Shown: piece after piece, positions 38,276 through 51,799 of the stretch
How positions within the stretch are numbered: the stretch's first letter is position 1
Layout: every line of letters begins with the position of its first letter
Assembly: GCF_018350175.1 (NCBI RefSeq)
Contig: NC_058368.1
Location: 20,896,001-20,960,000 of the forward strand
From: Felis catus
Lineage: Eukaryota
Direction of reading: 5' to 3'
DNA length: 64,000 bases
Position numbers and translations under genes: made by a program
The notes under the pieces: model-generated
The model's database searches: none
What the model was told of the DNA's origin: nothing
Seen by the model: only the letters and a program-made list of their open reading frames with translations

Positions 38276-38653
38276 TTTTTATTTTATTTTTTATTTTTAA
38301 AAATTTACATCCAAATTAGTTAGCATATACTGCAACAAAGATTTCAGGAGTAGATTCCTTAGGGCCCCTTACCCATTTAGCCCATCCTCCCTCCCACAAC
38401 CCCTCCAGTAACCCTCAGTTTGTTCTCCATATTTATGAGTATCTTCTGTTTTGTCCCCCTCCCTGTTTTTATATTCTTTTTGTTTCCCTTCCCTTATGTT
38501 CATCTGTTTTGTCTCCTAAAGTCCTCATGTGAGTGAAGTCATATGATTTTTGTCTTTCTCTGACTAATTTCACTTAGCATAATACCCTCCAGTTCCATCC
38601 ACGTAGCTGCAAATGGCAAGATTTCATTCTTTTTGATTGCCGAGTAATACCCC

Positions 38654-38703
<50 letters not shown>

Positions 38704-38954
38704 CCACATCTTCTTTATCCATTCCATCAATGGACATTTGGGCTCTTTCCATACTTTGGCTATTGTCTATAGTGCTTCTATAAACATGGGGGTGCGTGTG
38801 TTCCTTCAAAACAGCACACCTGTATCCTGTGGATAAATGCCTAGTAGTGCAATTGCTGGGTCGTAGCATAGTTGTATTTTTCGTTTTTTGAGGAACCTCC
38901 GTACTGTTTTCCAGAGTGGCTGTACCAGCTTGCATTCCTACCAACAATGCAAAA
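38276..38954 (-). mobile_element. 5'-truncated felid-type L1
   Basis: Antisense ORF2 C-terminus EWIKKMWY...YYSAIKKNEILPFAATWMELEGIMLSEISQ; TSD AGC(A/T)GAAATGGATTT at 38261-38275 and 38955-38969. Confidence 0.95.
38656..38700. repeat. (TG)n microsatellite inside L1
   Basis: Direct reading. Confidence 0.98.
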
Positions 38955-40214
38955 AGCTGAAATGGATTTCTATATACCAATCATAGATGGTCTTATCTTC
39001 TTTGTCTCTTGCTCTTCTTTCGTCTTCTTTGAAGACATACTGGCACTTGATTATCCCACCAACCATCTTCAATCTCCAAATGCCTCATTCAATCAGACAA
39101 AGAAAAACTGATTTTATACACTCAAGAACACTCACTTTATCAAAGACATTTTTCTAGGTTAGTTTTTGGATCTCCTGTGAGTTTTCATATGTGTATAGAT
39201 TAGATCTTTCTACAGACTAATGAAAAAATACTACAAAACAGTCCCTGATGTTCACACTTCAGCTTTAGAGCGAGTAATTCATAGCAGAGCATCCCCAACT
39301 TCTTCCATGTAACAGGCTGTCTTGGCACATTGGGAACACTCTGCCCACGTGTCTCCAACGTCCATGCAGCAGCATTCACAATCACCTGCCAGCTCCCACT
39401 ATCCTGCACTTATCTCGGGCTCATGGCCATGGCTTAATTGAATTAAACCTTTGTGAGATCCAAGTCAGAGCCAGGTAATGGACCCACAGCATCAACTCCC
39501 AAAGCCTCTATTCCAGTCTCTGAGGTGATAAAAGGAAACAACTCTGCTAATGGGCCAGTTCCAAGGGCTTCTGAGAATAGAAAACAAAGTGTTTCTTTAA
39601 TCTGTGCCCAGCGTTGTGCATCCCTATCATTCTCCCAGGTATGAGGTTGTGAAGCAGCCTCTTCCATTTTGGCTGCCTTTAGTTTATTTTGTCCAGCATT
39701 TCAGAGGCGTCTCCTGCCTCTGTCCTCAGCCTGGAGAAGAGAAACTCAGCAGAAATAACAGGATTTGTTTGTCCTCAGTTGACCTCCAAGGAAACTAGGA
39801 CAGTGAGAGGCTAAGAAGACAAGGTCTCTCAATAGCGCACCAGTGGTCGAAGCTGGCTCTCAGTGGCGCCTCTCCAAACAGTCCAGATCGGTGTCAAACC
39901 ACCAGTCCATGCAGCCTTTCCAAGATGCTCTGAGTGTTTATTCAGCCACTAAGTGTTCTGCCCAAAGTGGACTCCACCCAATGGTGAGCTAAGGCAAATC
40001 AAACACTCATTCACAGGGTTGGGAGGGGCGTGCCCACCCAGCCCCGCCTCTGAGGCCTGCAAAGTCTAGCTGCAGCTGGCTCCAAGATCACAGGTGCCAG
40101 GAATCTGGCCAAGCACGGCAGTGATCTCGGGGGCCGGGGAAGGAGATGTTTAACAGGGCACCACCCCCCCTCCCCCACCAGGAGCAACAGTGAAGGACAC
40201 ACCAGGTTGTAGAG

Positions 40215-40440
40215 AGAAGATATGTTCAAACCCCACCGACCAAGATTTGGATCCCAGCTCGGTCTCTTTCTACCTGTACATCCTTGAGCAAGTTCCTTAA
40301 TGGGGCTGGAACTCAATTTGCCCATCTGTATAGTGAGCACAATGATCATACTACCTCATGGTGTTGCTGTGAGGATGAAAGAAGAACCTGGAAGAGAGTA
40401 TGGTCACAGTAGGGGGGTCAAATAGATGATAGCTATGAGC
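40215..40440 (+). mobile_element. MIR
   Basis: GATCCCAGCTC...CCTTGAGCAAGTTCCTTAA...CCCATCTGTA...TACCTCATGGTGTTGCTGTGAGGAT. Confidence 0.8.
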
Positions 40441-42305
40441 AAAAGGGCTCACCCAAAGGAGTGACCAGGTTCCCAACTGGCAGGGGCTCCCCTTTGTCCC
40501 AAGTCTGCTGATGAGACCCTACTGGGCTGTGCAGGCGGTCGGGTATGGTAGAAAGACTCTCCTGGGAGACAGAGGCCTGGCCTCTCTCTCCTTTTAACCT
40601 GTTCTGTGGCTTTGCTCTGAATGATCTACCTCACTTCTCCCGGTCTCACCTTATTCACTTACAGGATGGGATTGTTTTGAGTTGTCAATCTTTAGTCTTG
40701 GGCTTTTATTCATTCCCTTGTCAATCATTATGTAGCTTTTACAAATGAATTCTCCATCTTTCTTCTCAAAATGCTTGTGGCTGAGCGTCCGCAGAATAGG
40801 CACATACAGCTACCCAGAATCTTAAGTATTAGCTCTCAAAAAGGCAGCATATAAGCCTTTATGAGGGATTTAGTCCAAAATTCACCACCTATGGACAGTC
40901 CTGTGCTATATATTTAGGCCACAGTTAATGATCTCCACTGTACAAGTGCAGGGAATTTATAATGTCCAATGATGCAAGATTTTCAAACATGAGCAAAGGT
41001 TCCATTACAGCTTCTAAATAGTATTTACTGATAAAGGTAAGCAGACTTCTCATAAATATTTTCAACTCCAAGTATGGGAATAAATAAGTTTTCCTCTTAG
41101 TGAAGTTCATCAGAAAATCAAATGTCCGAACTTCCCTTTCCCCAACCATTACAGTTGTCTAGAGCCTCAGTTGCGTGGGTAGAAAGGGCCACCTAACCCT
41201 GTGCTCCCAGGAACTTTTCCAACAGCCCAAATGGGTAGCACAACCTATCAACGCATTTTATAACTTCCACATTCACAACTCTCATGAAATACACCAACAG
41301 AGTCCACTCTTGGAACCAATGGAGAGGCAAAGAAATCTCCTCCAAAAAAACAAGTATTCCTGCTTCTGGAACTGCTGCTCTAATCTTGGTTTCAAAGAAT
41401 CTGGGAAATAGTGAATGCCATTAATTTTCCAAAGTACTATGGCTTCTTCCTACCCACTTTCTACCACAGAATTCAGCTAACAACAATACATGATGTCATC
41501 TCAATAATTTGCTGATTAAAACGTCCCTAAAAAAAGACACCCTTCATACCCAGGGGGCCACCGACTCAGCTAGTCTCTGAAACAGTGTTTATATTTCTAT
41601 CTTTAGGCATGAAGCGAGGCTGAGAATTTTCTATACAATGTTGGCATAACCTTCCCTGTATCTCTGGGTTAGGCATTTCAGCCCGATGAAAAAAGGATAA
41701 TAAAATACATAAGCATGTTCCTGTGTGCTGTTTATGCATATGTCATGAAACATCTGGTCCTGGCTTCTTCTGAGACATTCTTCTCGAGTGTTAGAATTTG
41801 TAGTTATTTTGATAGAGAACCATTGGCATACATAACCTCCCTACACATCTTACAGTAAAGTTTTCCACCGAACACCAGGATTAAGTGTCTATCTTTTGCA
41901 AGAGAAAGGAACATCATTTGTTTACTTTTTCTCAACATATTTCTTGGATGGATCTTTCGACTGGTATCTTTAAAAGTTCTCTGAGAGCTTACTCAGATCA
42001 TAGAAAGTGTTCAAAAGGCTTTATGGGTTGTTTTGCTAGTGCTTGGAACTAGTGGGCACTCAATAAAAATTTTCTGGATAAATGAAAATGCCTTACAATT
42101 ATTTACTATAAAACAGAAAATAGCACAGCTGGGAAGCCATTAAGTTATAGATGGAGAAGAAATCGTGGACAGTGAGATTATGCTTTTTCTTTGAGTTGTA
42201 AGAAAAGAAGAAAGAAGAAGTGGTAACAAATGGGAATGAGGCAGAGCTGCGAAGGAACAAAATATCTCTTAATTGTTTCTGGAATGCACTTGCGTGTGTG
42301 TGAAT

Positions 42306-42307
<2 letters not shown>

Positions 42308-42345
<38 letters not shown>
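42308..42345. repeat. (CA)n microsatellite
   Basis: Direct reading. Confidence 0.98.
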
Positions 42346-42347
<2 letters not shown>

Positions 42348-43169
42348 CACAGGTCAGGCTGGTGAAAAGCCAAATTCACAGTCAGGGTTTCCCAGTGACA
42401 CTCCCTCTCTCCAATATTTCTTCCTAACAGTGTGAAACCCACTGAATTACATAAATCTTTCCATGTCTGTGTCATTTGCTTGGGGCACCGTGAGGACAAG
42501 GGGCTTATGGGAGCTTATTTTTACATTGTGGTAAAATTTAACTGGACTCAAAATGTTGCCTCTCCCATTTTCTTCTCAGCTATCCTGTCAAAAGTTTCTT
42601 CAATTATTTCCCCTAATACTCTTGACAAAATTTTACTTCCAATGCAGAGCGCTGCAGGAAGTATGAGAATTCAGAAACAAAAAGCCAGGAGATGTGTTAT
42701 TTTCTACCTCTTCTTCCCCACACCCATAACTTTGTGGCTTTAGTATGACGTGAAATAAAAGTGCACAATATACTAGCAGAGGAACTATATTGTCAGGTGT
42801 TAACGGAAAAACCACAAAACGCAGAATTTCAGCTGATCCAATTGAACTGTACGTCCTGAATCATGTGCATGCCACGGCTTCTTGAACTTGTAGAGATCAT
42901 AGCCCATCAGGGTTCTTTATCCAATGTTCAGGTAATCAGACCCCGAGAACAGCTTCTCATGGCCAGGATACATCATGCAGATTTAAAACTTTATATTTAC
43001 TTTAGGTGTAATGTACAATATATACAAGTCATACCTGCAAAATTTCAGATAACATTTGAATATTCAAATTATATTACATTTTGGTTTTGGTTTGAGGAGG
43101 CAGGGCATGCCAGAGGCCCATTTACCCTGATCCCCATCCCTAGCATGCTCAGAAACCACAGGAACAGCT

Positions 43170-43514
43170 TTCTTCAACACATATTTATTGAGTGCTGTTC
43201 TGTGCCAGGCACCGTGGTGGGTGGTAGAGAAACCATGGTGAACGAAACAGACAAGGATCCTGCTCTCATGAAGCATATGGTCCATCACGGGGGCGTATAT
43301 AATAAATAAGCAAACACATGGAGAATACGTAACGTTTCACATGGCAGTAAGTGCCACAAAGAATAGTAAAGGACCATAAAGGGATGAAATGAGTGCGTCC
43401 TTTCGGGGAGGAAGGTCAGGAAGCACCTCTATTATGAGATGACCTTTAACCACAGGCTTCAGTGAATTGTGAGACTGAGCCAACAGGTACACAGAGGAAG
43501 AAGTTTCCAGACTA
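43170..43514 (-). mobile_element. L2 fragment (host of the full-length L1; resumes after 51506)
   Basis: TTCAACACATATTTATTGAGTGCTGTTCTGTGCCAGGCAC...GGTCAGGAAGCACCTCT. Confidence 0.8.
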
Positions 43515-44788
43515 GAGGAGGAGGTTGGGAAGATGGTGGAATTAGAGGACCCTCAGCTCACCTCGTCTCATGAATACATCCTGATAAGACTCACATCCAC
43601 AGAAATACCCCAGAAAACAACCTGAAGACTGGCAGAATAAACTCCACAACTACAGGCGGAGAAAATGCCACACTGTAGAGGGCAGGAAGGGGGAAGATGC
43701 AGTGGGAAGAGAGAGGAACCGTGACTGCTGGAGGTGGTGAGGGCAGGTGGCGGAGGGGAGCCACAGACATGAAGAAGAGTGAGAAACAGACTGTCACACT
43801 GGGAGTCCATGGAGGGAAGGTGAATCCCCATAAAATTTGGCTTTGAAAGAGAGGGGCTGAATTTTGTGAGTTCTTATAGCCACAGGGACTTAACACCTGG
43901 AATTTTAAAAATCAGCTACTTAGTTCTGGGGAACGCCAAGGGTGAAGGAAACTGAGTTCTGCCCTTAAAGAGACAGCATGACAAACAGCCCATAGAGATA
44001 CACTGTAGAAGCTGTAGTTTGAAAAAGCCTCTGGGACATATAGAGGGAGAGCTATTTACTCATCTCAGAGCATGTCTAGGAGGGAAAAGAGATCACAGGA
44101 AGACCCTTCCAGGAACAAAGGAGCTGGTAGGTATCATTTCCCCCTCCCACCCCTCAGTATAAACACATGGCCACCTGCAGGAACCAGCATGGCACCTACA
44201 TTCACCACCTAACTTGCTTAACCAACTCCCCCAGACCCCACCCTCCATGCTTTGGCCCATCCACTCTCCCCAGTCAAACTTGCCTAAGTCCCAGCTCTGT
44301 GAGTCTCCTCCCCCAGAAGACCAGCACAAACCTTCCAACGCCGCATCTCCTGACTAGCGCACCTTGTGGGACCTTGGTCATAGCGGTGGTGGCAGTGGCA
44401 GCAGGTCTGTGGAAGCCCAGGGAGCACCTTGTTAAAATTTCATGCTCCACCCACGCAGCCCCAGTCCCTGCACCTGCAACGGTAGTCTCATTTCACAAAC
44501 AGGCTGGTATGCACACACCTTCTTAACCTGCATGCCGCACCCCACCAAATACTGCCCACAACAGGGAAACAGGATGACTGGATGGAAGGAAAAAGCAGCT
44601 AAGGGAAAACAGTAGGGTGCATGCAACACACATAGAAGACACCCCCTGAGACACCAGGTTCTGGGGAACGGAGGACACTGCCCTGCAGGGCACCACAGGC
44701 CCTCTTCTTCATAAGGTCATTACTTTCAAGAGCAGGAGATGTAGCTGACTTTCCTAACACACAAAACAGACACAGAGAATTTGACAAA

Positions 44789-45660
44789 ATGAAGAGAGGG
44801 ATACGTCCCAAATGAAAGAAGAGGACAAAATCACGGCAACAGACGAAAGTAACACTGATATAAATTATATGCCTGTTAGAGAATTAAAAGTAGTGATCAC
44901 AAAGATACTGTAACTGAACTTGAGAAAAGAGAGGAGGACATTAGTGAGACTCTTAACAAAGAGATAAAAAGAACCAGAGATGAAGAACACAAAAAATAAA
45001 ATTTAAAAATTCTCTAGTTGGAATAAATAGAGGCTAGAGGAAGTAGAGAAGCAAATTAGGAACCTGAAAGACAGGGTAATGGAAATTAATCCCCCTGAGC
45101 CCATGAGAGAAAATAAAATTCTGCAAAATGGGTGTAACTTAGAACTCAGTGACTCCATCAAGCATAATAACATCTGCATTATAAGGATGCCAAAAGAAGG
45201 AGAGGAAAGGGGGAAGAAAATTTATTTGAAGAAATAATAGCTGAAAACTTCCTAAATCTGGGGAAGGAAACAGATATGCAGATCCAGGAGGCACAGATAT
45301 CCCCCAACAAAATAACAACCCAGGGAAGCCCACACATAGTAATCAAAATGGCAAAAAGTAGTGATAAAGAATTTTCAAAATAGCAAGAGAAAAGAAGACA
45401 GTTATATAAAAGGGAAACCCCATAAAGCTATCAGTGGAGTTTTCAGCAGAAACTTTGCAGGCCAGAAGAGAGTGGCATGATATAATCAAAGTGCTGAAAG
45501 GGAAAAATTTGCAGCCAAGAATACTCTATCCAATAAGGCAATCATACAGAGAAGAAGAGATAAAGACTTTCTTAGACAAACAAAGCCAAAGGTCATGACC
45601 ACTGAACCAACCCTACAAGAAATACTAAAGGGCACTCTACGAGTAGAAAGGAAAGTGAGA
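44789..45660 (+). pseudogene. L1 ORF1p remnant (frameshifted)
   Basis: L1 ORF1-type sequence, e.g. GAAGAAATAATAGCTGAAAACTTCCTAAATCTGGGG (EEIIAENFLNLG) and TTTTCAGCAGAAACTTTGCAGGCCAGAAGAGAGTGG (FSAETLQARREW); boundaries approximate. Confidence 0.8.
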
Positions 45661-47156
45661 GTATAAAATATAGGAAACACAAGAGGAGTAAAAATCAGTG
45701 TATCTGCAAAAATCAGTCAAGGGATTCACAAACTAAAAGGATGTAAAAATATGACAATATATGCCTAAAACGTGGGGGAGAGAGGAGTAAGAATGGGTTC
45801 AATCTTAAGCAACCATCAACTTCATATAAACTGCTATATGCTGAAGATGTTATATACAATCCTAAATCAAAACTCAAAAACCAGTCATAGACTTGCAAAC
45901 AAGAAAGAGAAAGCAATCCAAGTGTATCACCAAAGAAAGCCAGCAGACCATGAAAGAGTGCAAGAGAAGAAAGGATGAGAGAAAAACTACAAAAACAACC
46001 ACAAAACACATACCAAATGGCAACAAATACATATCTATCAATAATTATTTTGAATGTAAATGGACTAAATGCTCCAATCAAGACACATGGTGATGAAATG
46101 GATAAAAAAAAACAAGACCCATCTATATGCAGCCTGGAAGAGACTCATTTCAGACCTAAAGACACATGCAGATTGAAAGTGAGGAGATGAATAAACATGT
46201 ATTGTGCAAAAGGATGTCAAAAGAAAGTCAGAGTAGCAATACTTACATTGGACAAAACAGACTTTACAACAAAGTCTGTAACAATACACATAGAAGGACA
46301 CTACATAATCATAAAGGGAACGATCCAACAAGAAGATGCAACACATGTAAATATTTATGAACCCAACATGGGTTCATCGCAAACATAAATGAACTAATTG
46401 ATCATAATGCAACAACAGTAGGGGACTTTAACTCCCCATGTACATCAATGGACAAATCATCCAAACGGAAAATCAACAAGGAAACAGTGGATTTGAATGA
46501 CACACTGGACCAGATGGATTTAACAAATATATTCAGGACATTCAACCCTAAAACAGCAGAATACACATTCTTTTCAAGCGTACATGGAATCTTCTCTAGA
46601 ATAGATCCCATATTGGTCCACAAAATAAGTATCAACAATTTCAAAAAGATCTAAGTCATACCATGCAACTTTTCTGACCACCACGCTATGAAACTAGAAA
46701 TAAAACACAAGAAAAAATCTGGAAAGAGCACAAATACATTCAGGTTAAGTAACATGCTACTAAACAATGAGTGGGTCAACCAAGAAATCAAAGAAGAAAT
46801 ACAATATTACAAGGAAACAAATGCAAATGAAAATATAGTCGTCCAAAATCTTTGGGATGCAGCAAAAGTGGTTCTAAGAAAGTTTATTGTAATACAAGTC
46901 TACATCAAAAAGCAAGAAAAATCTTGCAAATAAACAATCTAATACAAGTCTACATCAAAAAGCAAGAAAAATCTTGCAAACAATCTAACCTTATATCTAA
47001 AGGAGCTAGAAAAAGGAAAACAAAGAAAATCACAAAGCATCAGAAGGAAGCAAATACTAAAGATTAGGGCAGAAATAAATGACATATAACCTAAAAAAAA
47101 AAAAATAGAACAGATCAATGAAACTAGGAGCTGTTTCTTTGAAAAAAATCAACAAA

Positions 47157-47386
47157 GCACACCTGGTGGCTCAGTCAGTTAAACATCTGACTCTTGATTT
47201 TGCCTCAGGTCATGATCTTATGGTTTGTGAGTTTGAGCCTGCCATTGGGCTCTGTGCTGACAGCACAGAGCCTGCTTAGGATCCTCTCTGTCTCTCTGTC
47301 TCTCTCTCTGTCTCTCTCTCTGTCTCTCCCCCTCCCCTGCTCATGCTTTCTCTCTCTCAAAATAAATAAATAATAAAAAACTTTTT
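47157..47386 (+). mobile_element. Can-SINE nested in L1 ORF2
   Basis: SINE body with (CT)n and A tail; degenerate TSD AAAAAATCAACAAA / AAAAAATCCATAAA. Confidence 0.93.
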
Positions 47387-47456
47387 AAAAAATCCATAAA
47401 ACTGATAAACCTCTAGCCAGACTCATCAAAAAAAAAAAAAAAAAACAGAGAGAGAC

Positions 47457-47488
<32 letters not shown>

Positions 47489-48527
47489 GAAAAGAGAAAG
47501 ATAGGACTTAAATAAACAAAATAACAAATGGAAGAAGAAAAAAACCCAACACCCCAGAAATACAAACAATTGTCAGAGGATGTTATGAAAAATTATATGC
47601 CAACAAACTGGACAACCTGGCAGGAATGGATACATTCTTAGAACATATAACCCACCAAAACTGATGCAGGAAGAAATAGAAAAATTCAATAGATCATTAC
47701 TAGCAATTAAATTTAGTCAGTAATCAACTCCCAACGAACAAAAGTCCAGGACCAGACATCTTCATAGGTGAATTCTACCAAATATGTATAGAAGAGTTAA
47801 TACCTATTCTTTTCAAATATTCCAAAGAAATAGAAAAGGAAGGAAAACTTCCAAATTCATTCTATGAGGCCAACATTACCCTGATGCCAAAACCAGATAA
47901 AGATACCACCAAAAAAGAATCACAAGCCAATATCTCTGATGGGCATGGATGCAAAAATCCTCAACAAAGTATTAGCAAACCAAATCCAACAATACATTAT
48001 AAAAATCATTCACCACGATCAAGTATCATTTATTCCCAGGATGCATGGGTGATACAATATTCACAAATCAACATGATACATCACATCAATAAGAGGAAGG
48101 GTAAAAACTATATGATCATTTCAATAGATACAGAAAAAGCATTTGACAAAGTACAACATCCATTCATGATAAAAACCCTCAATAAAGTAGGGTTAGAGGG
48201 AGCATACCTTAACACAATAAAAACCTTATATAAAAAGCCACAGCTAACATTGTACTCAATGGTGAAGAACTGAGAGCTTTTCCCCTAAAGTCAGGAACAA
48301 GACAAAGGTGTCCACTCTCACCACTTTTTTTTCAACATAGTACTGGAAGTTCTAGCCACAGCAATAAGAGAACAAAAAGAAATAAACGGTATCCAAGTTG
48401 GTAAGGAAAAAGTAAAACTTTCACTATTTGTAGATGACATATTATATAGAGAAAACCCTAAAGATTTCACCAAAACACTCTAGAATTGAAAAATGAATTC
48501 AGAAAGGTCATAGGATACAAATCAACA

Positions 48528-49155
48528 CAGTAAAATCTTGGATTGTGAGTAACTTGTTTTGCGAGTGTTCTGCAAGAAAAGCAAACATTTCTAATAAATT
48601 TTAACTTGATGAACGAGCGATGTCTTGCAATACAAGTAGCAGGTGATGCCAAATGTCACAGAATCACAGCTGAGCCAAAGGTTCTTCTCTCTCTCTTTCA
48701 CTGCGGGACTGTGTGTGATCATCAATGAAATGTCATATTTCCACAAAATTCTCAAAAGTAGCCAAAAGCAAGTGACATTGGATAGATTCCTTGTGAAAGG
48801 TGCACAAAAAGAAATATTCCATTGCTCCAATAGATAGCAGTGATTGTGTTAGTGATAGAGAAAGTTGTCCTACACAGTAATCCTCCTGTCTCTTGTCTCC
48901 CTCACACCAGCCACGAAGGCTTTCAAAGGGAAGTGCAAGTTATTTATTTATTTTTCTTTGTAATTTGTATTTTATTTTTTATTTTGCATTATACTACAGT
49001 ATTATAATCATTTTTATATGAATATTTTTGGGTTGTGGAATAAGTCATCTGAGTTCCCATTATTTATTATGGGGAAATTCACTTTGATATACAAGTGTTT
49101 TGGATTATAAACATGTTTCCAGAACGAATTATGCTCGCAAACCAAAGTTTTACTG
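48528..49155 (+). mobile_element. non-autonomous TcMar-Tigger/pogo-like DNA transposon nested in L1 ORF2
   Basis: 24-bp imperfect TIRs CAGTAAAATCTTGGATTGTGAGTA / TGCTCGCAAACCAAAGTTTTACTG; internal peptide FHKILKSSQKQVTLDRFLVK resembles Tigger transposase C-termini; L1 resumes exactly on both sides. Confidence 0.85.
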
Positions 49156-50160
49156 CATACAGAAATCTGTTGCATTTCTATATACTGATATTGAAGCAAC
49201 AGAAAGAGAAATTAAGAAAAAAAATCCCATTTAAAATTGCACCAAAAATTATTAGATACCTAGGAATAAACTTAACCAAAGAGGTGAAAGACCTGTGCTC
49301 TGAAAACTATAAAACATTGATGAAAGAAATTGAAGATGACACAAAGAACTGGAAAGATATTCCATGGTCATGACTGGAAGAATAAATATTGTTAAAATGT
49401 CTCTAATACCCAAAATAATCTACATATTTAATGCAATCCCTATCAAAATACCAACAACATTTTTCCCAGAACTAGAACAAACAATACTGAAATTTGTAGA
49501 GAACCACAAAAGACCCAAAATAGCCAAAACAATCTCAAAAAGGAAAAACAAAGCTGGGCATATCACAGTTCCAGACATCAGGTTATATTACAAAGATGTA
49601 GTAATCGAAACAGTATGATACTGGCACAAAAATAGACACATAGACCAATAACAGGATAGAAAACCAGAAATATAGCCACAATTATATGGTCAATTAATCT
49701 TTGACAAAGGAGGAAAGAATATGCAATGGGAAAAAGACACTGTCTTGAACAAATGATACCAGGGAAACTGGATAGCTACATGCAAAAGAATGAAATTGGA
49801 CAACTTCCTTACACAAAAATAAATTCAAAATGTATTGATGACCTAAATTTGAGACCTGAAACCATAAAAATCCTAGAAGAAAATACAGCAGTAATTTCTC
49901 TGACATTGGTTGTGGCAACATCCTTCTAGATATGTCTCCCGAGGCAAGGGAAACAGAAGCAAAAATAAACTTATGGGGCTACATCAAAATCAAAGTTTCT
50001 ACACAGCAGATAACCAACAAAACCAAAAGGCAACCTTCTGAATGGGAGAAGACGCTCACAAATGACATATCTGATAAATGGTTAGTATCCAAAATATAAA
50101 TAACTTATATACCAGAACACCAAAAAATCTCCAAAGAACCCAATTTAAAAAATGGTGGAA

Positions 50161-50347
50161 GGGGTACCTGGTGGCTCAGTTGGTTAAGCATCTGACTCTT
50201 GATTTTGGCTCAGGTCATGACCTCATAGTTTTGTGAATTCGAGCCCTGCATTAGGCTCTGCATTGTCAGTGCTTGAGATTCTCCCTCTCTGCCTCTGCCC
50301 CTCCCTCACTCACACACTCTCTGTCTCTCTCAAGATAAATAAACTTA
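50161..50347 (+). mobile_element. Can-SINE nested in L1
   Basis: TSD AAAAAAT(A)GGTGGAA flanking the SINE. Confidence 0.93.
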
Positions 50348-50742
50348 AAAAAATAGGTGGAATATATGAACAGATATTTACTCAAAGAAGAAATACAGAA
50401 TGCCAAAAGACACATGAAAAGATGATCAACATCACTCATTATCAGAGAAATGCAATCAAAACCTCAATGAAATACCATCTCACACCTGTTAGAATGGCTA
50501 AAATCAAAAACTCAGGAAGCAAGTGTTGGTGAGGATGTGAAGGAAAAGGAACCCTTGTGCACTGTTGGTTGGAATGCAAACTGGTGCAACTACTATGGAA
50601 AACAGTATGTAGGTTCCTCAAAAAATTAAAAATAGAACTACCCTAAGATCCAGGAATTACACTACTGGGTATTTACCCAAAGAATATGAAGACACTAATT
50701 TAAATGGATACATGCATCCCTTTGTTTATTGCAGCATTATTT

Positions 50743-50804
50743 TTTTTAATGTTTATTTATTTATATATTTATTGAGAGAGAGCGGCAAGGCAGAGAGAGA
50801 GAGG

Positions 50805-50851
<47 letters not shown>

Positions 50852-50975
50852 TCCCAAATAGGCTCCTTGCTCAGCATGGAGCCCAATATGGGGCTTGATC
50901 TCATGACTGCAAGATCATGACCTGAGCCAAAATCAAGAGTTGGATGCTTAACCAACTGAGCCACCAAGGTGCCCC
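50743..50975 (-). mobile_element. Can-SINE nested in L1
   Basis: TSD TA(T/C)TGCAGCATTATTT at 50727-50742 and 50976-50991. Confidence 0.95.
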
Positions 50976-51048
50976 TACTGCAGCATTATTTACAATAACC
51001 AAACTATGGAAGCAGCCCAAGTGTCCATCAATAGATGGAGAAGTTTGG

Positions 51049-51050
<2 letters not shown>

Positions 51051-51097
<47 letters not shown>
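51051..51097. repeat. (TA)n microsatellite inside L1
   Basis: Direct reading. Confidence 0.98.
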
Positions 51098-51099
<2 letters not shown>

Positions 51100-51580
51100 G
51101 GAATATTATTCAGCCATAGAAAATAATCAAATCTTGCCATTTGCAACAACATGGATGGCGCTAGAGAGTATAATGCTAAGTGAAATAATCCACTAAGAAA
51201 GACAAATACAATATGATTTCACTCATGTGGAATTTAAGAAACAAAGCAAATGAAGAAAAGGGAAAAAAGAGAAAGACAAATCAAGAAACAGACTCTTAAC
51301 TATAGAGAACACACAGGTTGTTACTGAGGGAAGATGGCTGGGGAGGGTGGGGAACAAGTGAAACAGATAAAGCAATTTAAGAGCACACTTATCTTGATGA
51401 GTATTGAGTATTATATGGAACTGCTGAATCACTATATTATACACCTGAAATTATTATAATACTCTATGTTAACTACATTGGAATTAAAATGATTAAAAAA
51501 AAAAAAGGTTTCCAGACTACAGTTCAGTAGATGCAGAGGTTCTGAGGTAAGAACCAACCTGGGTGTTTCAGAAATGACAA

Positions 51581-51761
51581 CTTGAATGGCTCAGTCAGTT
51601 AAGCATCTTTGACTCGACTTTGGCTCAGGTCATGATCTCACAGTTCCTGAGTTTGAGCCCCATGTCAGGGTCTACACGGACAGTGCAGAGCCTGCTTGAA
51701 ATTCTCTTTACCTCTCTCTGCCCCTCCCCCCCCCAAAATACATAAGCTTTAAAAAGAAAAA
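51581..51761 (+). mobile_element. Can-SINE, slightly 5'-truncated
   Basis: TSD AGAAATGACAA at 51570-51580 and 51762-51772. Confidence 0.92.
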
Positions 51762-51799
51762 AGAAATGACAAGCAGAAGGGTGTGTGAAGTAGCACAGC

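Larger units (their letters stand above)
46017..51237 (+). pseudogene. L1 ORF2p remnant (endonuclease/reverse transcriptase), disrupted
   Basis: MATNTYLSIIILNVNGLNAPIK (EN start), [31 protein letters not shown] near 48415 (RT FADD motif), YLGINLTKEVKDL; many stops, frameshifts and insertions. Confidence 0.92.
43515..51505 (+). mobile_element. full-length, inactivated carnivore L1 (5'UTR, ORF1, ORF2, 3'UTR, polyA)
   Basis: 5' end GAGGAGGAGGTTGGGAAGATGG; polyA; TSD A(A/G)GTTTCCAGACTA at 43501-43514 and 51506-51519; ORF remnants throughout. Confidence 0.95.

Noticed and set aside
42863..43309. 148-aa ORF
   Set aside because: The 3' third is L2 sequence; no recognisable domain
46017..51237. Active reverse transcriptase gene
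   Set aside because: ORF2 is broken by many stops, frameshifts and four nested insertions
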